A stretch of 64,000 nt of DNA, taken from positions 217,930,001 through 217,994,000 of the forward strand of contig OZ024743.1 in NCBI GenBank assembly GCA_964016885.1. Direction: 5' to 3'. The position numbers and the translations under genes were made by a program. Source of the DNA: Eledone cirrhosa. Its lineage: Eukaryota. The notes under the pieces are model-generated. The model saw only the letters and a list, made by a program, of their open reading frames with translations. It had not been told where the DNA came from and did not search any database. Each line of letters begins with the position of its first letter. Positions within the stretch are counted from its first letter, which is position 1. Shown piece by piece: positions 12,451-25,839 of the stretch.

Positions 12451-15400
12451 TTACAGACACATACTCAGAGTAAGCCCATTCACTCGGGCCATTCTTGCAT
12501 CTCTCACCCATCTTTCAACAAAATACTGGGAAGAGAGCACTTCCCTCTGTACCCTGATTTTCCTTTTCAAATAAAATTTGAAAAAGTTAATCAGGGCATC
12601 ACCGAAGAGGTAAGTGCTAGTCTTCAGCCCTTTCAAACGTGTCCACCATACTATCTCTTACGCCATGGCCACCAGACAGATAAAAACTGCCTGCCCTTCC
12701 CGGCTAAAGGAAGAGGGCGGGGCAATCCTCACAATGGACTCAGCTGATAGCTGGATCCATTCCACACGCGACAGCAGGTGTTCGACATAAACCCACAAGT
12801 CAGCAATGCTAGGACACTGGACGAGTGCGTGCAGGACGGTTTCGTCGCCCTGCGCGCATCTCGAACATGTCCGGCTGACGGCACCTCCATGCCTGTAGAG
12901 TTTATCCCGAACTGGCAAAGCTCCTCGGTAGCACTGCCAGGCTAGGGATTTCTGAAAATTGTCCATAGGCCCCGGCCCGAAAGTCCTTCCGAAGAGATTG
13001 ACTAATTGATTTTCATCGACGCCTAGAGTTTCTCCAAGTACGTCATCGCTCTTCCCCTCCACTAATCCTCTATAGAACGCCAAGGTGGAGTTTTCACCGA
13101 TCACATTGCCCGATTGGTCGGTAGCTATGAGCGCCTGAAGACATTCTAGTCTCCAAGCGCTCCCTCTCGGTCTTCGCTTGACCCAGGACTACAGCTCCGT
13201 CAAGGAGACGAGCTGGGGAAAGACGTGTCTAGCAAACGGCGACCACACCTGATCACCGTCGAGGAAGAGGTGGAGATGTCGTAGCCTGAGCGCGTGTCTG
13301 CGCATCTCATCCACGGCATACCCAGCCCTCCACGTAGCGGGTGTTGACAGCAGATGGACCGCCTGACCATCGGAGCGCGTCCCTTCCACAAAAATCGAAA
13401 GAGCAAACGCTCCAGCGCAGTCAGGCGGGGCTTAGGACAAGGTACGACGGTCAGGCGGTAGTAGATGATGGACGCGATGTACACGTTAGCCATCTCCGCT
13501 CGACCTTTCAGGGATAGCTTCCTCTCCGCCCATTTCTGGGTGAGAGAAGCCACCCTGCTCGTCACCTCGTCCCAGTTTTTGTCCTTGTGGAGGTCCGGAC
13601 CGATACAGACCCCTAGCAATTTAACCGGTCCGTCCGTCCAGCGCCCGACGACGCTGTTGGACGGCATGGACCTGCTTCTCCAGGTTCCGAGCTGCAGGCC
13701 CACTCACTTTTCCTGGTTGATCATTGCTCCTGTCACCGCTTCGTATTCACTTAGTGTAGTGCCAATCGCCTCGATGTGTTTGGCGTTCTACACCACTACG
13801 GTGACATCGTCCGCATATGCTGACACGGATCTTCCGCATGCTAGTTCGCGCGGGACCCCCCTCAACGTCTCCAGTTTGTGCAGTAATGGCTCGAGAGTCA
13901 ATGCGTACAAGAGGGACGAGAGGAGACATCCTTCGCGGACCGAGCGCATGATGTTGAACGGTTCCGAAAGGTGACCGTTCACTACCACAGAGCAGATGTC
14001 GCTGTGCATGGCAGCGATCCAGCCTTTGAAGACGGGCCCAAAGCCAGCCGCCCTTAGGACTGCCGCTAGGTAACGATGGTCGTCCCTACGGAAAGCTTTC
14101 GACTGATCTAAATTGATCAAGGACCCACCCGTGCCAGTTTCCCTAGCTACCCTCTCTACGATGTATCGCATGAGGTGGAGGTTGTCGTGGATAGATCTGT
14201 CGGGAATGGCGCATGTCTGCGCCTCTCCCACCAGACCACCAACGACAAGCGCCAACCTCTTTGCTAGCACCTTGGCCAAAATCTTGAACTCTGTGTTTAG
14301 CAGAGTTATGGGCCTGAAATTATCTATGTTATCCCCCTTGTTCGGATCCTTTCTCAGCAGCGCCACCGCTCCTCGGCTCACAGAGCTGGGAATTCTCATG
14401 TTCTGTTGCCATTTGCAGTAGACGTCCGCCAAGAGGCCTCCGAACAAGTCTGGCATCTGTACGTAAAGTTCATAGGGCAGACCATCCAAACCAGGCGATT
14501 TTCCCCTTGTGCAGCCAGTCATTGCCTCCGTACTTCAGCGGCTGTTATCGGCTTTTCGCAACACTCCGCCTCAGTGGCCGAGAGCCGCGGCAGTCCGTCG
14601 AGGTAGACACTAAAGTCCATCCCTCGATCCGGCCCGCCGCTGACCCCGAACAGCTGTGCGAAGTGTCACTGAAAAAGTTTCACACATTTGCCCGGGATCA
14701 AATAGCATGCGCCCGTCGTGGTCCACCAAAGACCGGATCGTGGCCATGTTGCCACGACGCGCCTCCGCCACTCGGGCCCATTGAACGGCTTTCGTCCCCT
14801 CGTGTCTGAGAGCACGCAGCCTAGCTCTGACAACGCAGCTTTCGTGCTTTGCATTGAAGAATTGGTCAAGTACGTCGGTCGCGATGCCTTTGCTAAGCGC
14901 CTCGTCTAATTTTCTAACTAGTTCTCCCTCTGCTCTATGTTTCTCTATTGCTAAAGCCTTACTAAACCTAATGGACTCTATCCTAATCGCTCTTTTCAGA
15001 GCAAACCACCACTTATCGTTCACGATGGCCCCCGTCAACGCCCGCTTAACTAGTTCGCTAATCCGGTCTCTGTAGGCTTTGCGCGCTGGTAAGGACGCGT
15101 TTAGCTTCCAGTAGCTGGGTCCTCGTCTATGAATCCTATCTAAGTCAAGCACACAGATCACGAATTTGTGGTCCGTGTAGCTGACTATCTTGAATTGTGG
15201 ACAGCCTATGCTAGACCTATCTATTTACCTACAAAATATTCTATCTAGATATGATCTGGATGACCCTATGAGATTTGTCCAAGTCCACATTGGCACATTT
15301 GGGAAATCCAATCGGTACCTGTCAGGCAGTTCAAAACGCCTGAGCAGGTTGGTGAGGCTCTTGCACCCTCCTCCCCTATCCGCTAATCCCACACAGTCCC

Positions 15401-15847
15401 AGCGTGCATCTAAGAGCCCGTTCCAGTCGCCCACTAACACTAAAGAGCGGGACGTTCCAAGAAAGGTCTCCAGACGCCGGAAGAAATCAGGCCGCCCTGC
15501 TCCTGTCGGGGCATAGACGGCCACTAGCCTGAAAGCTTGCCCGTCTCCGCTGGTCACGTCTAGCACCACCAACTTATCTTCTGGGTCCAGGAAGATGGCC
15601 CGTATGGCGATATCCAAACCTGTCCGAAAAAGCACAGCAACTCCTCCCCCGATCCCGGACGGCTGGGAGATACGTACACATCGTAGCCGCCGAAGATCGG
15701 TGCGAAGGCCCGTGCTTCGGAGATTCTGGTCTCGCTGATGGCCACTACATCTACGTTTAGTGACCTGAGGTCATTGAGCAGGTGGCCCTGCTTCCATGAC
15801 GACCCCATGCCACGCGCATTTATGTTGCCTATTCTGAATGAGGTCAT
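12451..15847 (-). pseudogene. Tx1-like ORF2 (APE endonuclease, RT, zf-RVT), frameshifted
   Basis: EN motifs RIGNINARG, VAISET, VAVYAP, LVGDWN, SYLDRIF and YWKLN. RT motifs SPGLDGLP, RPITLLN, LDQSKAF and SAYADD. C-terminal CSRC..ETVLHALVQC. Confidence 0.9.
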
Positions 15848-15881
15848 GTTGAAATGGAGTGGAAAAGATGGGAAAGACCAC

Positions 15882-17597
15882 TTACCTTACTTCTCGTAGA
15901 GGAAGGATAGTTTGTCCATCCTTTTCACTGCTTGTGGCCTCCTCCGGAAGGATGTCCTTATAAATCCTCCTGGAGAGTGTTTGTCGGAAGTCTCCGATGG
16001 GTTTGGGGAATTTTTGTTTTAGTGTCGTGTACGTTTTCTGTGTGATGCGAGTGATTTGTATGTGTGGAGGTGGTGTGAACTTTTGGGTTGTTGTGTAGTC
16101 TTTTTCTGTGATGCTGGTGTTGTTTTGCATGTAGTGTAATAATAGGTCAAATTTAATGCTGTGTAGTGTGTATCGTTTTGGTTGTTTCGTTTTGTTTGCG
16201 ATTGTTGTGGGTTTGTTTCTGTTTCGCTTTTTGGTGACTTTTGTGGTGTTTGGGTTAATGATGGTGATGGTGTTGGTGTTTGTGGTGATGGGGTTTGTGA
16301 TGCTGGTGTGGATGGTGGCATATCTGTCCTAACTTTTTTGTTTGATAATTTATTTGTTTCCCTCTGTATTTTGTTTTTGGGGGGGGAATGAAGAGAATTT
16401 TTTTCTTTTTTGGTTTCTTTTTTCTTTTTTCCTGATACCGTTTCCCACTGCTCTGTCTCCAGTTGCGATAAGCCGGGGAGTGGAAAATCCTCCACAGGCG
16501 TTGGTTTTGGTTGTGGCGTGGTGGATGGTGTAGGCGCTAGCGCCAGTTCTGGCGCGTTGGGTGGTGTTGGTCTTGCTACTGTTGCTGGGGTTGTTGCTGT
16601 TACAGCTGCTTCTGTTGTTGCTGCTACAGTTGTTGCTGCCATTTCTGCTGCTGGTGGTGTTGATAGTTGAATCACTGGGGTGGGTAGGAGAGGAGGCCTC
16701 AACCTTTTAGCCTGAGGGCAGAAAGCCCTTAGGTGGGTTCCTTCACCATAAACCACACAACTAGGCCTTCTGCCCTCGACGATTACGGTGAGGTGGCTGC
16801 CGTCAGTGAGGTCTATTACCTCTGGGATCTCCTCAATGCTTTTATGGACGAGTGTGAAGTCGTCACTTCTTAATGGGCCATGGGGTGTTCTCTGGCATCC
16901 TGTGGTGTTTCAAAGAACACGTCCACGGTTCCATATTTCTGCCCACGTCTGATGTGTGTTTTTTTTGCCCACACATGTCCCAAAGCTTTTTTTGGGACAT
17001 GTGTGGGACTCGGATGCCGGTTACAGTCGGCGCAATGTTATGTTATTTGACCTCTAAGACCCCTGCATAGGCGACGATGCTCCATTTTATTAGGTGGGGG
17101 GGGGGAGGCTGACCCTGTACCCATCTTTCTTTACCATTCTTTTGGCTCCTTCTAATTCCTCCTGAGTTACCTGGATCGCTTCGCACGTTTTTGCTACTCT
17201 GGCAAAACTCAGGGTAGTTTTCTTAATTTCATTGTTGCTGTTGTTGTTATCGTTATTTTTGTTATTGTTAATTTTAGTTTCAGTTGTGGTGGTGGTGGTG
17301 GTGACGTCAGTGGTGTTCGGTGTGGAAGAGTTCATTTTGGTTGAATTCATTTCGATATCATGAGTTAATTTATTTTTATTTTGTTTCTGTTGTCGCTGTG
17401 GTGGCGATGGTGGGGGTGGCGGCTTTAACACCTGCAGTCATTGGTAATGGCGGGAAATGAATGTCTGGCTGAGACAAATTTAAAATATTGCTACTGCTTA
17501 TATTTTTAGTGTTGTCAAACGTAGTAATATTTACAATGGTGGTGTCTGTGTGAGGTGTTAGTTTGTGAGGAAGGCTCTTAGCTACTGAGTCGGCCAT
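15882..17597 (-). pseudogene. Tx1-like ORF1 (gag-like, low complexity), frameshifted
   Basis: MADSVAKS start and an LSFARVAK motif. Degenerate zinc knuckle RRPSCVVYGEGTHLRAFCP. Pro/Thr/Lys-rich C-terminal region with WETVSGKKKK. Confidence 0.75.
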
Positions 17598-17814
17598 GAT
17601 TTTTCAAAGAAATTTTTTTTTTGTTTGATAATTATAAAAAGTTTAAATTTTGGGCTCAAGGCCCCAATCTTTTTGAGTGTCCTTTTCAGAAATCAATGTA
17701 TGTGCACTTATATACAGTTAACAAAAAAAAATTTCATAAATGGCAATTTTAAACAACTGAAAATAACAAACCTTTGCGGAGCTCACGATGATACGATTTA
17801 CTACGTAGGTCGCC

Positions 17815-18935
17815 AATAATAATAATAATAATAATGATTTCTTTATTGGACACAAGGGCTGACATCAAGAACATTACAGACGGCACAGGACGGTACAGGA
17901 CGGTACAGCACGGTACGATGTGGGTTTTGTGCGTTTCAAGATTTTTATTATTTATATAAGAAAAGAAAAACAGACATAGAAACATATATATATATATAAA
18001 CAATAAAAATGAAAATTAAAACAATGAAAACTTCCTCAATAGGGGGGAAACCTCCGAGGGTTACTCGTGGCGAAAACCACACAAAAGACAACGGCCCTCT
18101 CTCAATTTTTCCATCTCTCAAACTACAGACGTATATTCAGAGCGGTCCCGTTCACTCGGACCATTCTCGCTACATTCACCTACCTTTCAACAAACTTGCT
18201 ATAAGGCAGCACTTGCTGATTTTCCTCTTCAAGTGAAACTTGAAAAAGTTAATTAGGGATTTGCCGAAGAGGAAAGTGTTTGTCTTTAACCCTTTGAACC
18301 TTGTCCACCACACAATCTCTTTCGCCATGGCCACCAGGCAGATGAAAACCGCCTGCCCTTCCTCCTCGAAGGAAGACGGCGAGACCATATGCACAATGGA
18401 CTCAGTCGATAACCGGATCAGTCCTACACGCGACAGCAACTGTTCGACATAGCTCCACAAGTCAGCAATGCTCGGGCACTGAACGAGTGCGTGCACGACG
18501 CTTTCGTCGCTCTGCGCGCATCTCGGACAGGCTCAGCTGACGGCACTTCCGTGCCTGTAGAGCTTATCTAGAACCGGCAGCGCTCTCCGGTAGCACTACC
18601 AGGCCAGGGATTTTTGGAAGTTACCCATAGGCCCTGGGCTGAAAGTTCTCCGGGAGAGAGCAAACAGCTGATCTTCTTCGACGCCCAGGATCTCTCTGAG
18701 TACGTCGTCGCTCTTTCCCTCCACTAGTCCTCTATAGAACGCCGAGCTGGATGTTCTACTGATACTGGTGCCCAGCTGGCAGAGGGCAGTGAGCGCCTGG
18801 AGACATTCTAGTTTCCAAGCCCTATCCCTCGGTCTTTTCCTGACCCAGGACTGCAACTCCGTCAAGGAGACGAGCCGTGGGAAAACGTGCCTGGCGAATG
18901 GCGACCGCACCTATTCACCGTCAAGGAAGCACCAT
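17815..18935 (-). mobile_element. 5'-truncated Tx1-like LINE of a related subfamily
   Basis: Homologous to about 12330-13260 (HALVQCPSIADLWSYVEQLLSRV...FFKFHLKRKI). Both ends lie in (AAT)n. Confidence 0.88.
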
Positions 18936-18960
18936 GTTTGCGCATCATAATAATAATAAT

Positions 18961-19155
18961 AATAATTGTTTCTACTTTTGGCACAAGGCCAGCAATTACC
19001 TCAGTGCATTACTGGTACTTTATTTTATCGACCCCGTAAGGGTGAAAGGCAAAGTTAACCTCGGCGGGATTCGAACTCAGAATGGCAAGGGTCGTAACTC
19101 TATGCGTCAAATCATTGCTTCCGACCCTCTACCGATACTGCCAATCCACCGCCCT
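18961..19155 (-). mobile_element. tRNA-derived SINE, full length
   Basis: Minus strand reads GGCGGTGGATTGGCAGTATCGGTAGAG...GAGTTCGAATCCCGCCGAGG, then the core and an (ATT)n tail. Confidence 0.88.
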
Positions 19156-19204
19156 TATAATAATAATAATAATAATACTGCTACTACTACTACTAATACT
19201 ACTG

Positions 19205-19247
<43 letters not shown>

Positions 19248-20272
19248 AACAATTCGTTTGATATGGCTTTATGTGATATTGCTTTATGTGATATTATATG
19301 TTTGATCATTTATTCTTCCAGGTATGCCTTTAGTTCAGTTAATATGCCTGCATTTGGGGCTAGAAATAAAGTTCTCTTTAAAACCGTTTATCATCTTATG
19401 AGCTTGACATTTAGTTATAGATGTTATTATCGTGTTTAATATTCACGTGGATGCTTTGCTCTTGTTTTTTATTTTGTTGTTTATCTTATCGGGAGTATTT
19501 GTATTTGCATTCGATGGATCTTTTGTAGTACTTGTATATGAAATCACCAACGACCGCCCTACTAGTCATCTAAGTGAAAAATAACTAGTTTTCTGGGTAG
19601 TCGCGCTCACTTCCCAGATTTACATTGTGATGGCTTATAGTAATACATGTATTTTGTGAAGGGTGAAGCATATTTTGCTCAAATTTAAACCTAGATATGA
19701 TTTCTCGGAGCTGACACGGGGGTTTATGTTGATATCAAATGTTTAATAAATCCCATATTCATACATATATATATATGCATGTATCTATTCATTAAGCATC
19801 CAACACCAATTATATATATATATATACATAGATACATGAATGCATATATATACATAGATACATGCATGCATATATATATATATATATATATGAAGCATTG
19901 TGTAATGAGGTATAAACGTTAGAATATGTGTAATAAGGCCAAGACAATGCAGGTATGGACATAGAAAAAATAATGCAATAGTGAAAAATATTGATGTGAA
20001 TTCGTCTTTCACCTTGAATTTATTTAAATGTCCTTAATTTTCGAGATAATATCTCTTCTTCGGAGGGAAGTAAAGGTCTCAAACCAGCGTCTTTAAATCT
20101 CTAATCAAGCCATGCTGACCGGAAATAGTATAGAGTATCTGTTCTAACTTTAATATCAAAGAATTAAAATTAGGTGGATAAAGAGTAGTCTCCCTTTAAG
20201 AGGGGTTTGTTTATGTTTTTTTTTTGTTTTTTTGTTTTTTTTTTAATTTTATATGCGTGCCTGTATATGTGT

Positions 20273-20326
20273 GAAAGATACTGTAGCATCCGAATTTTTG
20301 AAAATTCGGATGCTACAGTATCTTTC
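20273..20326. repeat. Perfect palindrome with 26-bp arms and a 2-nt loop
   Basis: GAAAGATACTGTAGCATCCGAATTTT-TG-AAAATTCGGATGCTACAGTATCTTTC. Confidence 0.95.
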
Positions 20327-20478
20327 TTGATTGCCTATTATTACATAGTGTAGCAATAATGGACTGAAATTCTGATGAAACAATTGTTAATACGTGGATT
20401 AAATTTTTTTGTAACTGTTTACCTTCGTCCTATTTCTCTTTTTATATATATATATATATATATATTAATGCATATATC

Positions 20479-20517
<39 letters not shown>

Positions 20518-20543
20518 TCGGAAAATCTGCTTCGTAGAATCAA

Positions 20544-20639
20544 GACGTATCTGAGGACCTTGTGATTTTCAGAGTCAGATTCGATCATCACATCGATCGT
20601 GCCTCGAGCTGGTCGCCAGAGAAACGATTGTAATATGTC
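20544..20639 (+). ncRNA. Type I hammerhead ribozyme in a short element between (TA)n tracts
   Basis: GACGTAT-CTGAGGA-(~63-nt stem II region)-GAAA-CGATTG-TA-ATATGTC, with a 7-bp stem I. Confidence 0.75.
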
Positions 20640-20680
20640 CAATACATTCCATTCGCTGCAACACTGATTCTCTTTTTTCT

Positions 20681-20804
<124 letters not shown>

Positions 20805-21776
20805 AACGAAAATATGCATCTACGTATGTGTCTGATTATTTACATCCTTCTTTAATACGTACATTCTATTATATTCGCAGTATGTCTGTTACTAGATGGT
20901 TGAAGCCTGTATAAAGTCATAAGCACATACATTAAATTATTTAATAGAATATAACTGCATCTAATTAGTGTTTAAATAACTTCAATGTTTCGTAATATTT
21001 ATATACAATTTTTATTTAAATTTAGACTAAAAATAAACGTGGTAAAAAACCGGTTGTATATCACACGCAATGTTTTAAAATGTAAGTTTTTTTTATTCAA
21101 AAGCTCTTTTGACAAACACCAAACATCATTTGAGTGTTTATAAGAAGTAGTAGATGTTCGTGATGCTATGTTAATCACGCCTTCACAATTTCTTCTGATA
21201 ATCTAATTCAAACTCTTGTGTATTTTATTTAACTTCTTTACATTTGTTGCTACAACATTAGTAGCAAAATTCTAGAATTTAAAGACTGTCTTTCAAATAA
21301 AATCTAATTATTATGGAAAACTCAGATCTTGATGATGTAGATAATACTGCAAATAAAAGGAAAGTAACAAAACATAAAATCAGAGATAAAATAAAACCTA
21401 TATGTAGTCTGTATAAGAAAAAATACAAAGGGATGATAGAAACTGTCCAGAGACTAAAATGACAGTATATAATCGGGAGCGATGGAAACATTTCTGAAAT
21501 GGGGGTGGAGTAAAATTTGGTCAATTTAGTTGTAGTGATTAGTGTAGTTCTTTGCACTCTAAAATGGTGAGAATACTTCGATATGTGATAAACATAACGT
21601 ATACATAAATTGCAGCGCATATCAAAATAGATGTGTCTTAAGGCTAAATAGAGAGTTATATTACTCCAGAGTTTCGCCTGCGTATCACAGTGTGATCAGA
21701 CAAGACCTCTTTTCACTCGGGCGTCAACTATATACAGATATATGTGTGATATATGTATATGCTGTATATGTATATG

Positions 21777-21829
<53 letters not shown>

Positions 21830-21871
21830 TTCAAAATATTAATAAATGAAAAATATTCTCATAACCAAAAT

Positions 21872-21940
21872 ATATATTTTATTATACATATTTCAAAGGT
21901 ACAATGGTGTTTCAGTACGTTTTCATCAAATAAAATATAT
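21872..21940 (-). ncRNA. Degenerate hammerhead, same family as 28415 and 28612
   Basis: Minus strand reads ATATATTTTAT-TTGATGA (C3>T)-...GTAC...GTACCTTT-GAAA-TATGTA-TA-ATAAAATATAT. Confidence 0.6.
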
Positions 21941-21999
21941 GAGAGATTGGATATGCGATATACCGCTAAGGTTTTGATTATTCAATTCTATATATATAT

Positions 22000-22848
22000 A
22001 ATAGAATTAGAATTTAGCTTCGAACATAGCTTCATACAAATATGTATTTGAATTTCATATTTTAAACAAATACGGTATGTTTATAAATAAACATTTAGAA
22101 AGCCGCAGCTATACAAAAACACTGGCAGCTAACGTCACCTAGCGGGCTCCAGCGCAAGCAAGGGGGACAATTGACGATACATTTCGAACTCGACTGTTTC
22201 TTGTCAGGACGATCTCTCCCGTTTTTGCAACTGCTGGACTTAGAAAACAGGCGAAAATAAATAATTTTTTCGTCTGTATAAATGAGGTGATTAAACACAT
22301 TAGCATAGGAAGCTGTGTAAGTTGGCTCGTGGAGACTTCTGGTGTCCTCAGCCCTAGAGCTACCTCCCTACTCACCACCATAGACGCTGAGGTGGCCAGC
22401 CGCAGGTGTGCGCCTCACGAGTTGGAATGGCTTTTCCCCGCGCGTCTCCCTTCCCGTCCTCCGGGGAAACGCCTTCTCCATTCTGTCCACCGGGGCTGTG
22501 GGGAGGCCACCAATATGATTGACTGACTTGTCATTTTATCAGTCAACTGTTGCTGTCGTTAACATCTGTCAATCTTTTATACACTAGACTTGACGGAATG
22601 TAGCAAAACCTTCTACTACCATGGAATGGTTTCTGTGCAGTATAAAATAGAATTAGAATTCAACTATGAACATAGCTGTATACAAATGTGTATTGAATTT
22701 CACTTCACATTTTCAAAGTCCAGCAGATGCAAGAGCCGGAGAGATCTTCCTGACGAGAAACAGACGAGTTCGAAATGCTTCGGCAATTGTTCCCCTTCCT
22801 TCTGCTGGACACCGTATTTCTTTAGAAAAATGAAATTCAAATACATAC
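22000..22848. mobile_element. Old pseudo-LTR-like element with a direct plus an inverted repeat, TA-flanked
   Basis: 22000-22058 is repeated directly at about 22647-22702. About 22147-22247 is inverted at 22710-22809. A partial hammerhead core CTGACGA...GAAA lies at about 22750-22775. Confidence 0.6.
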
Positions 22849-23360
22849 ATATATATATATATATAATAAAAAGATTAGGCTCTGTACACGATCCTAAGGG
22901 GTTAATATATCGAGCTTCTGCGCATTTGGAAATAAACTGTTATTATACTCAATTTATTCACCTCCTATCTGTCTATCTGTATACTACTAAAACTCTGTGA
23001 TCGTATGCTTGTCTGTAATTTAATACAGGCAAAACAGCGCATAATGGGGAAATACTTTGAAAGGAAGTTGCCCGTGAAATGGGAATACAAATGGAATAAA
23101 ACAAGTTTCGCGTAAATCGGAGCACAGGTTCCCGAGATACGGGGTTTTCCGGGTACCTTCATAAACAGAGAGAGAGAGAAAGAGATAGTGGTTGTGAGAG
23201 GGTAGATTGAAATAGAGACATAAAGAGAGACAGAGAAGGCGACAGAGAAGGGAAATAGGAGAGGGAGAAAGAGAGAGAGAGAGCTGGTGGTGTTGCTGAA
23301 TGAAATTATAACAGGTGACTTCAAAGAATCAAATACAGCATTACTGTCTCTCGCTAAAAT

Positions 23361-24784
23361 TTGCGATATAATGCTATATATAGACATACACATTATTAAA
23401 TCTCATTCGATTGTTTTTCCCAAGGTACACCAGCCGGTTTCTCTAATCAAGTTAAAATTTGCTGTTCTAACTTGTGTTAGGACAGGATGAGTGTAGCAAA
23501 TATTTCCTGCTAAATAGGAAGAGCTTCTAAGTGTGTATGTATATGTGTGTGTATACATGTGTGTGTGTGTATATATACACACACACTCATTTATATATAT
23601 ATATATATACTCACACACGCACACACATACATATAAGCACACATGTATTTATTTCTGTTCTAGTTTCAAATCTTATCGGACTCTCTCATTCTACATATCA
23701 TTTGTAATTTGTCGGTGGTTTAAGAAATATTTAAAAGTTTATCAACTAAAATGAGCCAAACCTTAAATACTTTACTGATGTCAGTGTAGCAACTTAGTTC
23801 AAATCCTACATTTACAATAGTTGATTTTTAATGATCAAGTGCCGAGAAAATAACTAATAATAACAAATTAATTACTGTTAATTCCACCATAACACTTACT
23901 CCTGTGTACGCTATCAAGACTGAACAGTTAAGAATCTTTACAGCTCCATAATGTGAACTCAAATTCGAAATCTTTAATTGCCATCCTGCGGAAATGTCTA
24001 TTACAATATTCTCTAATCTAGCCAAGTCAAGTAACTAGAGTTGTGTAGATATACATAAATTAAGTAGAAATCCGTTGCAATGATTCTATCTGTAATTCAG
24101 AGCGGTAGTAATATGACAATGTCACGATAATTTTTCTCAAGATCTACACGTGTCTGTGTAATATTTATCCATGTGAGCACCAATTAAACAAATAAAACAT
24201 TCGAAACACGTAAAGAATCATCGTCGAAACGAATGTATATCCTTAACCATTAATCTTTATATTATATATCGCTTTCTCACTTCCTTGCTCTCACTCTTTC
24301 TCCTTCTCTGGAAAAATTCTGCTGTATTCAGACCTGGAGAGGAGATGGACTCCGCCAGGTTTAAAAATGACCTCGAAACGCTGTAAGTCAATATGGCGTC
24401 ACTATGATTCCTCAGGTGTTACAGGTCCATATATATATATACATATATACATAAAGATGAAAGATAAAGTCGATCCCTACGAAAGAAAGAAGAGTAATTA
24501 AATTACGTTCCATATTTTATACACCATTGTTTCGTATCTGCCAACAATTCAGCGTTCTTGTTACGGGAAACCATTTAACATGGCCAAGAGTAACGTTACA
24601 TATCGTCTGCATGCTATTAACTTCAATGAATATAATAAAAGCAAAAAATCAGTTATCTTACTTCGTTTCTTTTTTGTTTTCTTTCTTCCTTGCGATATAA
24701 TGCTATATATAGACATACACATTATTAAATCTCATTCGATTGTTTTTCCCAAGGTACACCAGCCGGTTTCTCTAATCAAGTTAA
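23361..24784 (+). repeat. Exact ~95-bp direct repeat (23361-23455 and 24690-24784)
   Basis: TTGCGATATAATGCTATATATAGAC...CCAGCCGGTTTCTCTAATCAAGTTAA appears identical in both places. Confidence 0.9.
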
Positions 24785-24794
24785 CTTCTCTCCT

Positions 24795-24914
<120 letters not shown>

Positions 24915-24931
24915 ATATATATATGTATGTA

Positions 24932-25011
<80 letters not shown>

Positions 25012-25598
25012 AAAAGAGAGAGAGCGAGAATAGGCAGAGTAAGAGAGAAAGAAAGAGAGAGGGAGAAATGTGTGTGCTTATGTGTTTTTCTCTATTTTTA
25101 TACAAATATATATATATATTTAAATGTCTATTTACAAACTTTTCATCGGAAATTAAAGATAAAAATATTGGAAAGATATCGATACGAGACAAGAGCACAA
25201 TAGGATATTAGTTATTTAAAAAATGCATAAATATTTTCATTGCAAAAAAAAATATTTTTCTTTTGTTTTAGATTTTTTTCGTTATTTAATAATCTAAAAG
25301 CAAGATTTCACCGAAACATTTTTATTTCATATTTTACTCTCATAATTTTATTTCAACATCATGAGATATCCATACATACTAAAATTTTGCATTATATTAG
25401 AAAACTGTGATTAATAGACAGAGTCATGTAAAAATACACAAAGTTACATGCTTATAATCGTCTTTGGAAACGTATTGATGCGCCGAGATAAATATATCTA
25501 TATATTATACATTTTTCAATTTCTTTTTCGTTTTTACTCGCTTTCTCACGCTCCTATGTATTCGCCAGGAGGCTGTGTAGCATGTAATATATATATAT

Positions 25599-25769
25599 AA
25601 CGAAGGAAGTGTGGTAAGGAACCAGATGGACCATAACGCACCAAAGTACTCAATGCTTGGGTAGTAGATTGGGTAATAGGAACAAGTATGACCCCGACGG
25701 CAGAGCTCAAGCCGTTTCGACGGCTAATTCTGGACTAATTCTGAGCTCTGCCGTCGGGGTCATACTTGT

Positions 25770-25770
<1 letters not shown>
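25599..25770. mobile_element. Family A fold-back element in (TA)n
   Basis: Shares AACGAAGGAA..GTGGTAAGGAACCAG...GACCCCGACGGC with the 38848 and 43183 copies. Its right arm is shortened. Confidence 0.8.

Positions 25771-25837
<67 letters not shown>

Positions 25838-25839
<2 letters not shown>

Larger units (their letters stand above)
12190..17813 (-). mobile_element. Near full-length Tx1/L1-clade LINE, decayed
   Basis: ORF1 followed by APE endonuclease, RT and C-terminal zinc finger, all on the minus strand. AATAAA and an (ATT)n tail lie at the 3' end. The 5' boundary is approximate. Confidence 0.9.

Noticed and set aside
20030-20070. Minus-strand CCGAAGA-AGAGATATTATCTC-GAAA as a hammerhead
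   Set aside because: The core is mutated and no stem III or stem I partner is identifiable, so it is too degenerate to call.
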